Shown piece by piece: positions 29,945 to 40,328 of a stretch of DNA of 64,000 nucleotides. A program made the position numbers and the translations under genes. This DNA is from an uncultured Chloroflexia bacterium. Its GTDB lineage: Bacteria; Chloroflexota; Limnocylindria; Limnocylindrales; CSP1-4. Positions within the stretch are counted from its first letter, which is position 1, and every line of letters starts with the position of its first letter. The stretch is from NCBI GenBank assembly GCA_963728745.1, contig CAVSKY010000006.1, positions 197,323 to 261,322 on the forward strand, written 5' to 3'. The notes beneath the pieces were generated by a model that saw only the letters and a list, made by a program, of their open reading frames with translations, was not told where the DNA came from and searched no databases.

Positions 29945-31411
29945 TCAGGAGCCGGGCGCGACCAGCGCTCCGCTGACCGTCTCCGTCGCGGTCCGCTCGT
30001 GCAGCCGACTGCCGATCGCGACACCAAGGAGCGCGACCGCGACGGCGACCGCGAAGCCGAGGGCGAGGCCGCTCGCCGGCTCCCCTGCCCCGCGAACGGA
30101 TGCCGCGACCAGCGCCCCGGTGACGCCTGTACCCAGCGCCGTTCCGAGCGAGTCGGTCAGTGAGATGGCCGCGGATGCGCGACCCTGCTCGGCGGCGGGT
30201 GCTTCGCGCAGGACGATCAGCGCGAGCGGCGAATAGGCGAGACCCATGGCGTACCCGGCCAGCGCCAGCGTCGGGATGGCGACCAGCGGCGAGACCTCCG
30301 GCAGGAGCACGATCCCGAACGTCGCCAGACCGGCGACGAGCACCACCAACCCGACCCGCACGAACCGCTCCGGCGTGAAGCGCGACGAGTAGCGCGCTTG
30401 CGTCCACGAGCCGGCCGTCCAGCTGATCGTGGCGGCGGTGAGGGCGATCCCGGCCTCGGCCGGGCGCAGCCCCCGCCAGTCGACCAGCGCCAGGGCGACG
30501 TAGGCGTCGACCGCGAAGAACGCGAACGTGATGATCCCGCGCATGAGCACAGCGGCCGGCAGGCCGCGTGCTGCCCGCAGCGTGCCGGCCGGGGTCAGGC
30601 GACGCAGGGCGAAGATGGCGAGGGCCGCGCCGAGGATGCCCAGGACCGCCAGCAGGACGGGCTCGCCGCTGGTCAGGCCGGCGAGTAGCAGGCCCGTGCC
30701 GGTCGCGACGACGACTGCCAGCGGACCTCGCTCGCGCAAGGTGGCCGCGTTTCGCGCGTCGGACGGGTCGGGGCCGATCCGGCGCACCGCCGGAAAGGCG
30801 ATGGACGATGAGAAGACGATCAGTGGCAGCAGGCCGAGGAACACCCAGCGCCAGCCGACCGCCTCACCGACGATGCCGGCAAGGGCCGGCCCAAGCACAC
30901 CCGGCAACACCCACGCGGTCGACAGCGTGGCGAACATCTGCGGGCGCAGGTGCTCCGGCAGACTCCGCCCGATGGCGACGTATGCGATCGGCGGGACCGT
31001 GCCGGCGCCGAGACCCTGGAGGAACCGGGCGGCGACGAGGATCTCCATCGACGGCGCCAGGCCACCGATGATCAGGCCGATCGCGAACAGCCCGATGCCG
31101 GCTGCGAACGGCCCGCCGAGTCCGCGCCTGTCGATCAACCCGCCGACGACGACGATGCCGATCAACGAGCCGAGCATGAACGCGGTGAAGACCCAGCCGT
31201 AGAGCCCGATGCCGCGCAGCTCGGCGGCGACGATCGGCATGATCGTCGAGACCGCGAGCGCCTCGAACGCGACCAGGGTGACCGTCAGGACGAGGCCGAC
31301 CGTCAGGCTGCGACGGCCGGGCGACCACAGGCCGCTGCCGGCCCGGCCGTGCGCCGTGTGCGGGGCGTGCGATCCGGGTTCGGCTGGTCGATCACCTTGG
31401 CTCAGTGTCAT
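29945..31411 (-). CDS. MFS transporter (drug/H+ antiporter-like)
   Basis: Many TM helices; GGLIDRRG motif A; RFLQGLGAG. Confidence 0.88.
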   Translation of the reverse strand: MTLSQGDRPAEPGSHAPHTAHGRAGSGLWSPGRRSLTVGLVLTVTLVAFEALAVSTIMPIVAAELRGIGLYGWVFTAFMLGSLIGIVVVGGLIDRRGLGGPFAAGIGLFAIGLIIGGLAPSMEILVAARFLQGLGAGTVPPIAYVAIGRSLPEHLRPQMFATLSTAWVLPGVLGPALAGIVGEAVGWRWVFLGLLPLIVFSSSIAFPAVRRIGPDPSDARNAATLRERGPLAVVVATGTGLLLAGLTSGEPVLLAVLGILGAALAIFALRRLTPAGTLRAARGLPAAVLMRGIITFAFFAVDAYVALALVDWRGLRPAEAGIALTAATISWTAGSWTQARYSSRFTPERFVRVGLVVLVAGLATFGIVLLPEVSPLVAIPTLALAGYAMGLAYSPLALIVLREAPAAEQGRASAAISLTDSLGTALGTGVTGALVAASVRGAGEPASGLALGFAVAVAVALLGVAIGSRLHERTATETVSGALVAPGS

Positions 31412-31498
31412 GGTCCAAGTGTGCCCGGGTTCCGCTGGCTGCGCCTCGGCGATCTGTCCCGTGCAGCTACGGCAAGTGTCGCGAGTCCCCGTAGTCGT

Positions 31499-31696
31499 GG
31501 AACCTGGGGCGTGCCGAGCGGCGGCTGGACGGGGCGGCTCTGGGTCGGTGTCACGTCGGACGTTCCAACCGACGACTGTGACAATCGATCCCGGCCGCTC
31601 AGCCGTCGAACAGCACGCCGGACGTTCCAAACGACCGCTCTACCTACCGATCCGGGCCCGTCAGCCCGTCGGACGGAACGCCGGACGTGCCAAGCG
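31499..31696. repeat. Degenerate tandem array of four ~22-bp palindromic motifs
   Basis: Copies at 31499, 31550, 31612, 31675; consensus GG(A/C)ACG-N5-CGT(G/T)CCAA; periods 51, 62, 63 bp. Confidence 0.65.
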
Positions 31697-31763
31697 TCAC
31701 AGGACCCGCTCGAGCACCAGCTCGTCATGGATCGGGATGCCGTGAGCACCGACGTCCGCATGG

Positions 31764-32006
31764 TCAGCGGCTGCGGCGCTGTCGTAGTACGCCGATCGTC
31801 AACAGGACGCCGGCTGCCCCGAGGCCGAACACCGCACCCGCCGCCAGGTCGAGGTCGACATAGTGCGTCGGCGGGCAATCGCCACCGCCACTGCAGCTGT
31901 TCAGCACCTCCATCGGCTCGCCCCAGAGCAAGCCGCCGACGAGGAACGCGGCCACGACCACGCCTACGAACGTCACCCAGGCGGCGATGTCGCGATCACG
32001 ACTCAC
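31764..32006 (-). CDS. Small two-TM membrane protein
   Basis: GTGA overlap with mfd stop; two hydrophobic helices flanking a CSGGGDC loop. Confidence 0.6.
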   Translation of the reverse strand: MSRDRDIAAWVTFVGVVVAAFLVGGLLWGEPMEVLNSCSGGGDCPPTHYVDLDLAAGAVFGLGAAGVLLTIGVLRQRRSR

Positions 32007-35000
32007 GCCACGGACGCCTCTGCCCCCAACCGGGCCACCACGGCCTGGGTGAGCTGCCACGCGCGACCCGGGCCTGTCGGCACGCGGATGCGGACCTGGT
32101 TCGAGGCGAACGTCACGTCGGCGGGACGGACGCCCGGCAATCCCCCGTCGCCGAGGAGCCGCATCGCCGCGTCGCGGCTCAGCCCCGCCCCGAACCGCAC
32201 GACCAGTCGACCCTCCTCACGCGAGATCGACGACACACCGGCTGCCTCAGCCGCGAGCCGGAGCTCGGCCACCTCCACCAGCCGCGCGACCGAGGGCGGC
32301 ATCGGTCCGTACCGGTCGGTGACCTCCTGCCGGAACGCGGCGACGTCGCCGGCCGATCGCGTCCGCGCCAGCCGCCGATACAGCTCGAGCTTCTGCGCCT
32401 CGTCCGGCACGTAGTCGTCGGGCAGATGGGCGTCGACCGGCAGGTCGATCACTGCCTGTGGCGCATCGACGATCGGGGCGCGACCCTCACGTGACGCCTT
32501 CTGCGCTTCGACCGCCTCGGCGAGCATCCGCGAGTACAGGTCGAACCCAACCGCCGCCATGTGGCCCGACTGCTCCCCGCCGAGGATGTTCCCGGCCCCA
32601 CGGATCTCGAGGTCCGAGAGCGCGATCTGGAAGCCGGCGCCGAGCTCCGAGGCGTTGAAGATCGCCTGGAGGCGCTTGCGCGCCTCGTCCGACAACCGCT
32701 CGCGTCGTCGATACAGGAGATACGCGTACGCCCGCCGCGACGACCGACCGACCCGCCCGCGGAGCTGATAGAGCTGCGCCAGCCCGAGTGTGTCCGCGCG
32801 ATCGATGATGATGGTGTTGGCGTTCGGTATGTCCAGACCGGATTCGATGATCGTGGTCGATACGAGGACATCGGCCTCGCCCGCGGCGAACGCGATCATC
32901 ACCTTCTCGAGCGCCCCCTCCGGCATCTGGCCATGGCCCACCACGAACCGCGCGTCGGGTAGCAGCCGGCGGAGCTGCTCGGCCTGCGCCTCGATCGTCT
33001 CGACCCGGTTGTGGACGTAGAACACCTGCCCACCGCGATCGAGCTCACGCAGGATCGCGTCGCGGACGAGCCCGGCAGACGCCTCGGCGACCCGCGTCTG
33101 GATCGGCAGGCGGTCCTCCGGCGGTGTCTCGATCACCGACAGGTCGCGGATGCCGGCCATCGCCAGGTTCAACGTCCGCGGGATCGGCGTGGCCGACAGC
33201 GTCAGCACGTCGACCTCGCGGCGTAGTTGCTTCAGCCGCTCCTTTGCCGCGACCCCGAACCGCTGCTCCTCGTCGACCACGACCAGCCCGAGGTCCTTGA
33301 ACCGGACGTCCTTCGACAGCAACCGATGCGTGCCGATCACGATGTCGACGGTCCCGTCCTCGAGCCCGGCGATCGTCGCAGCCTGCGCCTTCGGGGAGAC
33401 GAAGCGCGACAGGATCCGGACCTCGAGCGGGAAAGCGGCGAACCGCTGACCGAACGTCGCATGGTGTTGCGCGGCCAGCACGGTCGTGGGCACGAGCACG
33501 GCCACCTGTTTGCCGTCCTGCGTCGCCTTGAATGCCGCGCGAAGGGCGACTTCGGTCTTGCCGTACCCGACGTCACCGACCACCAGCCGGTCCATCGGCA
33601 CGGAACGCTCCATGTCGGCCTTGGCCTCGGCAGTCGCGCGAAGTTGGTCGATCGTCTCCTCGTAGGGGAACGACGCCTCCATCTCCGACTGCCACGGCGT
33701 GTCGATCGAGAAGCCGTGACCGTCCGCGTTCGATCGCGCGGCATAGAGGACCAGCAGCTCGTCGGCGAGTTCGGCGACGGCTTTACGGACGCGTTGCTTG
33801 GCGCGCAGCCATTCGGTACCGCCGAGCTTGCTGAGTGACGGCCGCTCGCCGCCCGCGTAGCGCGTGACGCGGCCGATCTGCTCGACTGGGACGAAGATCC
33901 GGTCGCCCCCGGCGAAGGACAACTCCAGGTAGTCGCGCTCCTCGCCGGAGCCGCCCCGCCGTAGCATCTGCTCGTAGCGCGCGACCCCGTGGTCGATATG
34001 GACGACGAGATCGCCCGCCGTCAGGCGCTCGAGGATGTCGCGCGGGACGACCCGACGCAGCGCCTTCGGTCGACGAACACGGACCGTGCCGAAGAGCTCG
34101 CGGTCGGTCACGAAGGTGACGCCGTCCGGACCGCCGCTGAAGCCGCCGTTGAGGCTTCGACCGACGAGCGCGATGGCGCCGGGCGGCGGCGCCGTCTCGA
34201 CCCGATCGACGACCGCCACGCTGTGGCCGGCCTCGTCGAGGATCTCGGCAAGCCGCGGCGCCTGATCCGACGCGAGCACGATCCGGGCGCCATCCTCGCG
34301 CCACGTCTCGACGGCATCCGCGAGGCGACTCGCGCGACCCAGCGGCAGCGTCGGCTCGCGCCAGCCGAACAGGTCGCCCGAGCTGCGGCCACGCGAGGCC
34401 ATCGCGACGTCGCCCGGCGGTTCGGACTCCCAGGTCAGCTCCAGGGTCCTCGCGGCAACCAGCCGGGCCTTCCAGTCACGCGGTGGCAGGTAGCTCAACG
34501 GCCAGTCCTTGGACAGCTCGCCAGCCTCCACCAGCTCGGCCCGCCGCTCATCGGCCTGCCGCCACAGGAACGCCGCAGCTTCGGCGATGTCGCCCGGCTC
34601 ATCGAGCATGAGGACCGTGCCCGGGTCGATGTGGTCGAGACCCGTCGCCGGGGCGAGGTGGGCGGCCCAGATCTCGGCGGCGTCGCCGACCGCGAGGGCC
34701 CTCGACGCCTCGGGGGAACGACCGTCGGGTCGCAGCGGGTCGTCGCTCGTCCCCTCGAACCGGGCAAGGTCCCCGGCGAGCCGCTCCGGCAGTCGGGAAG
34801 CGCCTCGTCCGAGGCGTTCGCGGATCGCGGCCACGCCCGTGGTCGGGAGCAGGAATTCCGACGCGGGCAGGAGGACGGCCCGCTCGACCTTGCCGGTCGT
34901 GCGCTGGTCGGTGGGATCGAACGCCCGCAGCGAGTCGATCTCATCGCCGAAGAACTCGATGCGGATCGGCAGCTCCATCGAAGGCGGGAACACGTCGACG

Positions 35001-35803
35001 ATGCCACCGCGACGCGCGAACTCGCCCCGACCGGCGACCTCGGTGACCGGGCTGTACCCAAGATCGAACAACTCCTTGAGCAGCGCGTCCTGGTGGAGCC
35101 GCGCCCCGACCGCGAGCTCACGCGCCTTGTCCGGTAGATCCTCCGGCGCGATCGTGTGCTGGAGCAGCGCCTGGACGCTTGCGACCAGGGCACGCGCCCC
35201 GCCTTGTCGCCAGGCCGCCAATGCGGCGACGCGGGCCGCCGTCTCATCGGCCACGAGCTCGCTGCGCTCGTACGCGAGTGCCGTCCGCGGCTCAAGGACG
35301 GCGATCGCCGACGGGTCGCCGAGCCACGCCTGCAGCTCCTCCGCGACGCGGTCGCCGATCTCCGCGTCACGGGCGATCCAGACGATCCGCTCCTCGAGCG
35401 CGAGGGCCGCGGCGAGGTACGACTTCGCACCGTGCGGCACTGCGACCACACCGGCATGTCGACCGACGCGGCCGACATCGGCCCGCGAGCCCAGCCGCTC
35501 GCGGATCGTGGCGAACGACCCTGTCGCAGCGAGCAACGGGGGCAACGCGGACAGATCCGGCAGTCGATGCCCCGAACGCGGGCGGTCGTCGCGGCGTGCG
35601 ACGGCCGGGCGCGGACGCCGATCGCGAGCTTCCGCCCGCCGCGCATCCTCGACCTCCGCATCGACGGCGGCGACGTCGAAGTCGATGGCCTCGTCGTCGC
35701 GTGCAGGCGTGTGCCGGGTCGCGAAGTCGGCGGCGACTTTCTCGGCGATGCGCCGGTCGCGGCCGCGCCTTCCCCGCAGCGGGGGCCGCGTCGACTCAGG
35801 CAT
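32003..35803 (-). CDS. mfd: Transcription-repair coupling factor
   Basis: UvrB-like RRGGIVDVFP, CarD-like VHIDHGVARY, GDVGYGKT, DEEQRFG, QLRGRVGRS, TRCF domain. Confidence 0.97.
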   Translation of the reverse strand: MPESTRPPLRGRRGRDRRIAEKVAADFATRHTPARDDEAIDFDVAAVDAEVEDARRAEARDRRPRPAVARRDDRPRSGHRLPDLSALPPLLAATGSFATIRERLGSRADVGRVGRHAGVVAVPHGAKSYLAAALALEERIVWIARDAEIGDRVAEELQAWLGDPSAIAVLEPRTALAYERSELVADETAARVAALAAWRQGGARALVASVQALLQHTIAPEDLPDKARELAVGARLHQDALLKELFDLGYSPVTEVAGRGEFARRGGIVDVFPPSMELPIRIEFFGDEIDSLRAFDPTDQRTTGKVERAVLLPASEFLLPTTGVAAIRERLGRGASRLPERLAGDLARFEGTSDDPLRPDGRSPEASRALAVGDAAEIWAAHLAPATGLDHIDPGTVLMLDEPGDIAEAAAFLWRQADERRAELVEAGELSKDWPLSYLPPRDWKARLVAARTLELTWESEPPGDVAMASRGRSSGDLFGWREPTLPLGRASRLADAVETWREDGARIVLASDQAPRLAEILDEAGHSVAVVDRVETAPPPGAIALVGRSLNGGFSGGPDGVTFVTDRELFGTVRVRRPKALRRVVPRDILERLTAGDLVVHIDHGVARYEQMLRRGGSGEERDYLELSFAGGDRIFVPVEQIGRVTRYAGGERPSLSKLGGTEWLRAKQRVRKAVAELADELLVLYAARSNADGHGFSIDTPWQSEMEASFPYEETIDQLRATAEAKADMERSVPMDRLVVGDVGYGKTEVALRAAFKATQDGKQVAVLVPTTVLAAQHHATFGQRFAAFPLEVRILSRFVSPKAQAATIAGLEDGTVDIVIGTHRLLSKDVRFKDLGLVVVDEEQRFGVAAKERLKQLRREVDVLTLSATPIPRTLNLAMAGIRDLSVIETPPEDRLPIQTRVAEASAGLVRDAILRELDRGGQVFYVHNRVETIEAQAEQLRRLLPDARFVVGHGQMPEGALEKVMIAFAAGEADVLVSTTIIESGLDIPNANTIIIDRADTLGLAQLYQLRGRVGRSSRRAYAYLLYRRRERLSDEARKRLQAIFNASELGAGFQIALSDLEIRGAGNILGGEQSGHMAAVGFDLYSRMLAEAVEAQKASREGRAPIVDAPQAVIDLPVDAHLPDDYVPDEAQKLELYRRLARTRSAGDVAAFRQEVTDRYGPMPPSVARLVEVAELRLAAEAAGVSSISREEGRLVVRFGAGLSRDAAMRLLGDGGLPGVRPADVTFASNQVRIRVPTGPGRAWQLTQAVVARLGAEASVA

Positions 35804-36491
35804 CTGACTTCCGATCGAGCCGTGGCAGCACGCGACGCCAACCCGTCTTGGTCCGCCGGATGCCCTCCTCGTCTGGCGGACCGTCGACCTCGCCGGGTGG
35901 CGCCAGACGGGTCACGTCGGCCTCGCGGAGCTGGAACGTGTTGAACCGGTTGGCCGCCTTGCTGGTGCCGTCGCGAGCCCACGCCTCGACGGCGTCGGCC
36001 GCGGCGTCGAGGAGCTCGTCGAGCCGCTGGGTCTCATCCGGCTCGAACCGCGACAGCACGTGATCGCGGCCGTTCCTGACCGGATCGCCGATGCCCACAC
36101 GGAGGCGGCTGAACTTCTCGGTGCCGAGCTCGTCCACGATCGACCGCAGCCCGTTGTGGCCGCCGTGACTGCCCGACTCGCGGAACCGAAGCTTCCCGAA
36201 GGGCAGGGCGAAGTCGTCTGCCACGATCAGCAGATCGGCCAGTGGCGCGTGCTCCCGCGCGATGACCTTGCGGACAGCGAGCCCCGAGTCGTTCATCCAC
36301 GTCAGCGGCTTGACGAGTGTCAGGTCCAGGCCGTTGTAGCGACCGATCGCGACGTTGGAGGCGTCGCGCTGCCGGCCGCGCCCCGACCACCCGGCCCGCT
36401 CGGCGATGCGGTCCAGCACGAGCCAACCGATGTTGTGCCTCGTTCCCGCGTACTGCGACCCGGGATTACCAAGACCGACAACGACCTTCAA
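35796..36491 (-). CDS. pth: Peptidyl-tRNA hydrolase
   Basis: VGLGNPG, TRHNIG, KPLTWMNDSG, GGHNGLRS, RLRVGIG; GGAGGAG RBS + TTG. Confidence 0.96.
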   Translation of the reverse strand: MKVVVGLGNPGSQYAGTRHNIGWLVLDRIAERAGWSGRGRQRDASNVAIGRYNGLDLTLVKPLTWMNDSGLAVRKVIAREHAPLADLLIVADDFALPFGKLRFRESGSHGGHNGLRSIVDELGTEKFSRLRVGIGDPVRNGRDHVLSRFEPDETQRLDELLDAAADAVEAWARDGTSKAANRFNTFQLREADVTRLAPPGEVDGPPDEEGIRRTKTGWRRVLPRLDRKSDA

Positions 36492-36635
36492 GACTCCTCC
36501 AAGCGAACGACGGACAGCACGACACGACCCGAATCCCGATCCGAGGGTGGCAGGCGTCAGCGTCTGCCGGAACGGCGGGAGGGCCGAGTGCCGATGGTAC
36601 CCGCCGAGGCCATGCGGTGCCGCGTGCGCCGAGCG

Positions 36636-37190
36636 CTACGCGGACGGCTTGCCGCTTGACACCGCGTGAGGTCCCGACGCGAGCAGTCGCCGCTCGACGT
36701 CGCGCATCGCGGCTTCCTCCTTGGGTGACGCGTGGTCCCAGCCACAGACGTGCAGCACGCCGTGCGTGACGAGCAGACGGAGCTCATCGGCGGCGTTCCA
36801 GCCGACGTCGCCGGTCTGGCCGCCACGGCCGGTCGCTGCCTGCTCGGTCGCCCGTTCGACTGAGACGACGATGTCGCCCAGGTGGATCCTCGTGCCGGGC
36901 GGTCGTGGGGTAGCGGGCGCCGGAGCACCGCGTCGGAAGGCGGCGGGCGGCAGCAGCGGGAAGGACAGCACATCGGTCGGGCCGGCAACGCCCATGTGCG
37001 TCTCGTTGAGTCGGGAAAGCTCAGCGTCGTCGGACAGGATCAGCCCGATCGAGGCAGGCGCAGGTGCCCGGACCCCATCGAGGGCAACTGCCGCCGTCCG
37101 TGCCAGCGCCGAGCCGCCGATGGGCGATCGAACGCCGGCGCGCACATCGAGGTCGATCCGCCACGGCGGGCGATAGATCGACCGCATCAT
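36636..37190 (-). CDS. ybeY: rRNA maturation endoribonuclease
   Basis: PTDVLSFP, LGDIVVS, HGVLHVCGWDH. Confidence 0.95.
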   Translation of the reverse strand: MMRSIYRPPWRIDLDVRAGVRSPIGGSALARTAAVALDGVRAPAPASIGLILSDDAELSRLNETHMGVAGPTDVLSFPLLPPAAFRRGAPAPATPRPPGTRIHLGDIVVSVERATEQAATGRGGQTGDVGWNAADELRLLVTHGVLHVCGWDHASPKEEAAMRDVERRLLASGPHAVSSGKPSA

Positions 37191-39355
37191 GACGCTGGTC
37201 GGTCGCCTCCACCGCCGGCTGCGGCACGGCGCGACTCCAGCTCCACCACGGTGTTCTGCGGATAGGCGATCCGCGTGTGGTACATGCCGAGCAGCTGCTC
37301 GACGAAGGCGCCTTTGATCCTCTCGAGGTCGCGAAGGGTGATCTCGCATTCGTCGAACTGACCGTCGGCGATCCGCTCGTCGATGATGCGGCCGACCATC
37401 GCCCGGATCGCCGGCTCCTCTCGCGACGCGAGCGATCGAACGGACGCCTCGACGCTGTCGGCGAGCATGATCAGTGCCGCTTCCCGGCTCTGTGGCTTCG
37501 GGCCGGCATGCCGGAACTTGCGTTCGTCGACCGCGGCCGCCGCAGCGGCACCTTCGGCTGTGCCGAGGCCGCCGTACGGTTCGGCGGCTCGCTCCCTGGC
37601 ACGGGCGAGGAAGTAGCCCATCACGGCGGTGCCGTGATGCTGCGGGATGTACGCGATCAGGACTTTCGGCAGGCGGGCGGCATAGGCGGCGTCGATGCCA
37701 TCGGCGACGTGCTGCTTGAGGATCTGAGCGCTGACCTCTGGCTCCAGCTGGTCGTGGATGTTCTCGGCGCCTGCCTGGTTCTCGATGAAGCCGAGTGGGT
37801 TGGAGAGCTTGCCGACATCGTGGTAATAGGCCGCGACGCGGGTGACGAGCGGGTCGGCCCCGACCTCCTCAGCTGCCCGTTCCGCGAGGTTGCCGACCAT
37901 CAACGAGTGGTGATACGTGCCCGGCGTCTCGACCAGGAGCCGGCGCAGCAAGGGTTGCGACGGGTTCGCCAGCTCGAGGAGCTGGAAGACCGTCAGGATC
38001 CCGAACGCCGAGCCGAGGACCGCGAAGGTACCCACCGCGGCGACCGATGAACCGGCCGCGGACACCGCCGAGGCGAACCACAGCTCGAGCACCCCGCGGA
38101 CATCAGTGGTGCCCAGCAACGAAAAGGCCGACACGACCAGGGCATTGACGATAAAGACCGCGATCGCCGCCTGGACGAAGACCTGCAATCGGTCGCCCTT
38201 GCGCACCGCGACGACGCCCGCCAGCCCGCCGAGGAAGATGAAGCTCGCGTACTCGAGCGACGTGCCCGCCAGCGCGCCGCCCATGATCGCGATGATGGCC
38301 AGCACGATCGTGGCGATCGAGGCATCGAGCAGGATCGCGAGGAGCATCCCGATCGCGGCAGTCGGCAGGAAGTAACCGAGCACCTCGCGACCGGCCGTGA
38401 CCTTCAGGGCCAACGCAGTCCCGACGAGCAGCAGCCCGACCAGCAGCAGCACGTTGTCCCGATGCCAGAGCGTCGGGCGGAAGCGCCAGATCCATGCCAG
38501 CAACATGGCCACGGTCAGGACCGCGAGGAGGAACCAGCCTGCGAACGTAGCGAGGTCGAGCGGGGCGTCGACGCCGAGTCCGAGCGCCTCGATGACCTCG
38601 AGGTCGGCGGCCGTGAGCGGCTCCCCGTTCCGTACCACGACCTGTCCCTGCGCGACCGCCACCGGGACCGGTGCGACGAGCTCGGCCGCGCGGTCGCGCG
38701 CCTGGTCGGTCAGGGTCTCATCGAACGACGAGTTCGGGACGACGAGCGGCGCGATGATCTCGGCGGCGAGCATCCGTTCCGCCTCGTCGAGATCGCCGCC
38801 CATCCGCCCCCCGATCGTGGCGCGGGTCTCCGCGACCTGGGTGTCGCGCAGCTCCGTGCGAAGCGTGGCATCGAGGACGCGCGCAGCCTCGGTTCGGACC
38901 GCCGCCCAGCGGGGCGCGTCGATGGCGACCAGCGACGCTTGCGACGTGGCGCTCAGCCCGGGGATCGCCGTCTCGAGCAGGGCCGTCCGTTCCTCGGCTG
39001 TGAGGTCGGTCGCGAAGGCGGTATCGACGCGGCGGACGCGCTCGGTGAACGCGGCCGCTTGCTCGTTGGCGATGGCGATCGCGTTGTCGGCAGTGAAATC
39101 GAACTGGAATGGCACTGCGGCGCGCGCCGTCTGGCGCGCATCCTCGGTCAGCGTCGTGCTGTCGAATGACACCGCCCGGGACGCGGTGATGTCCTCGCGG
39201 ACGACCTCACCGATCTCGTAGCGCACAGGGTCGGCCGGGAGGTCGAATGCAAGGATGGCCGTGAGGGCGACGACCAGGCTCGTCGCGGCCACTGCAAGGC
39301 GCATCGCGTCACTGCGCGTGAAGCGGGCGAGGACCGGTGCACGCTGCGTCAGCAT
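37187..39355 (-). CDS. 7TM-HD phosphohydrolase (PgpH/YqfF-like, probable c-di-AMP phosphodiesterase)
   Basis: Extracellular domain, TM cluster, PGTYHHS, YYHDVGK, QHHGT, MLADSVEA; adjacent to ybeY as in Bacillus. Confidence 0.9.
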   Translation of the reverse strand: MLTQRAPVLARFTRSDAMRLAVAATSLVVALTAILAFDLPADPVRYEIGEVVREDITASRAVSFDSTTLTEDARQTARAAVPFQFDFTADNAIAIANEQAAAFTERVRRVDTAFATDLTAEERTALLETAIPGLSATSQASLVAIDAPRWAAVRTEAARVLDATLRTELRDTQVAETRATIGGRMGGDLDEAERMLAAEIIAPLVVPNSSFDETLTDQARDRAAELVAPVPVAVAQGQVVVRNGEPLTAADLEVIEALGLGVDAPLDLATFAGWFLLAVLTVAMLLAWIWRFRPTLWHRDNVLLLVGLLLVGTALALKVTAGREVLGYFLPTAAIGMLLAILLDASIATIVLAIIAIMGGALAGTSLEYASFIFLGGLAGVVAVRKGDRLQVFVQAAIAVFIVNALVVSAFSLLGTTDVRGVLELWFASAVSAAGSSVAAVGTFAVLGSAFGILTVFQLLELANPSQPLLRRLLVETPGTYHHSLMVGNLAERAAEEVGADPLVTRVAAYYHDVGKLSNPLGFIENQAGAENIHDQLEPEVSAQILKQHVADGIDAAYAARLPKVLIAYIPQHHGTAVMGYFLARARERAAEPYGGLGTAEGAAAAAAVDERKFRHAGPKPQSREAALIMLADSVEASVRSLASREEPAIRAMVGRIIDERIADGQFDECEITLRDLERIKGAFVEQLLGMYHTRIAYPQNTVVELESRRAAAGGGGDRPAS

Positions 39356-39834
39356 CAGTGTCCGCCCCCGTCGTGGGCCGCGAGGTCCGTGCGCGCGAGC
39401 GCGCTGGCGACCAGCCCGCTGACGAGCTTGCCGTCGGCCCGACCTCGGGTGCGGGGCGCGAGCCAACCCATCACTTTGCCCAGGTCCCGGGCGTTCGTCG
39501 CCCCGGTCGCGCTGATCGCCTCGTCGACGAGAGCCCCGACCTCCGCCTCCGTGAGCGCTTGCGGCAGGTACTCGCTGAGGATGGCGATCTCGGCCTGCTC
39601 CTTGGCCGCGAGGTCGTCGCGGCCACCCTTCTCGTACGCCTCGACCAATTCGCGGCGCGTCTTGACCTCCCTGGTCAGGACCGTCAGGAACTCGTCGTCA
39701 GTGAGGGGCTTCTGGTTGCGCTTCTCGAGGTTGTACGCGGCATTGGCCGCCATGCGCAGGACGTCGCGGCGCAGCGGATCTCCGCCGCGCATCGCAGCGG
39801 TGATATCGGATTGCACTCGATCTCGAAGGGACAC
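39355..39834 (-). CDS. yqeY: GatB/YqeY domain protein
   Basis: EIAILSEYLPQ, DLGKVMG, RGRADG; follows rpsU. Confidence 0.92.
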   Translation of the reverse strand: MSLRDRVQSDITAAMRGGDPLRRDVLRMAANAAYNLEKRNQKPLTDDEFLTVLTREVKTRRELVEAYEKGGRDDLAAKEQAEIAILSEYLPQALTEAEVGALVDEAISATGATNARDLGKVMGWLAPRTRGRADGKLVSGLVASALARTDLAAHDGGGH

Positions 39835-39908
39835 CGGTCTTGGCTACCTCGGGCGGTCGTCGCACTCGCCCGTGGGGCCGCAGGATCGTGGTGGCGGGTC
39901 GTTCCCGC

Positions 39909-40094
39909 TCAGCCAGCCTGCGTACGGGCGTTCTTCTTGCGCTTGGCTTCCTTGCGCTTGCGCTTCACGGACGGCTTCTCGTAGTGCTCGCGTCGGCGAG
40001 CCTCGGCGAGGATGCCGCTCTGCTGGATCTTCTTGTTGAAGCGGCGCAGGGCGCTCTCGAACGTCTCGTTCTCTCCCACTCGGACTTCAGCCAA
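39909..40094 (-). CDS. rpsU: 30S ribosomal protein S21
   Basis: [19 protein letters not shown]; AGGAGGT RBS + TTG 40094. Confidence 0.97.
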   Translation of the reverse strand: MAEVRVGENETFESALRRFNKKIQQSGILAEARRREHYEKPSVKRKRKEAKRKKNARTQAG

Positions 40095-40328
40095 TCGGTG
40101 TTCACCTCCTCCGACCCGGGTCTCGTGTTCCTGCATCCGGTGCGCGGCCGACCGACCTGGATGCGTGCTCGACGGGCAAGGCCGTCAGAGCCGCCGGAGT
40201 CTACCCGAGGGTCTGAGGGTGGTCAATCAGCCGGAAGGCGACCGCCGAGCACGAGCAGCAGACACGATTGTCGCCATTCGCGCGTCGTACGATGCGACGA
40301 CCCGCCACGCTGTCCGAGGCCCTTCGCC

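Noticed and set aside
31499-31696. CRISPR array interpretation of the repeat
   Set aside because: Repeats are degenerate, linkers resemble each other, spacing is uneven and no cas genes are present; kept as an unexplained repeat
36492-36635. Hairpins in the pth leader as a named ncRNA
   Set aside because: No recognisable family consensus; GC-rich hairpins are expected by chance
39840-40328. Long N-terminal extension on the acyl-CoA synthetase ORF
   Set aside because: Overlaps rpsU on the opposite strand; family similarity starts near 40329
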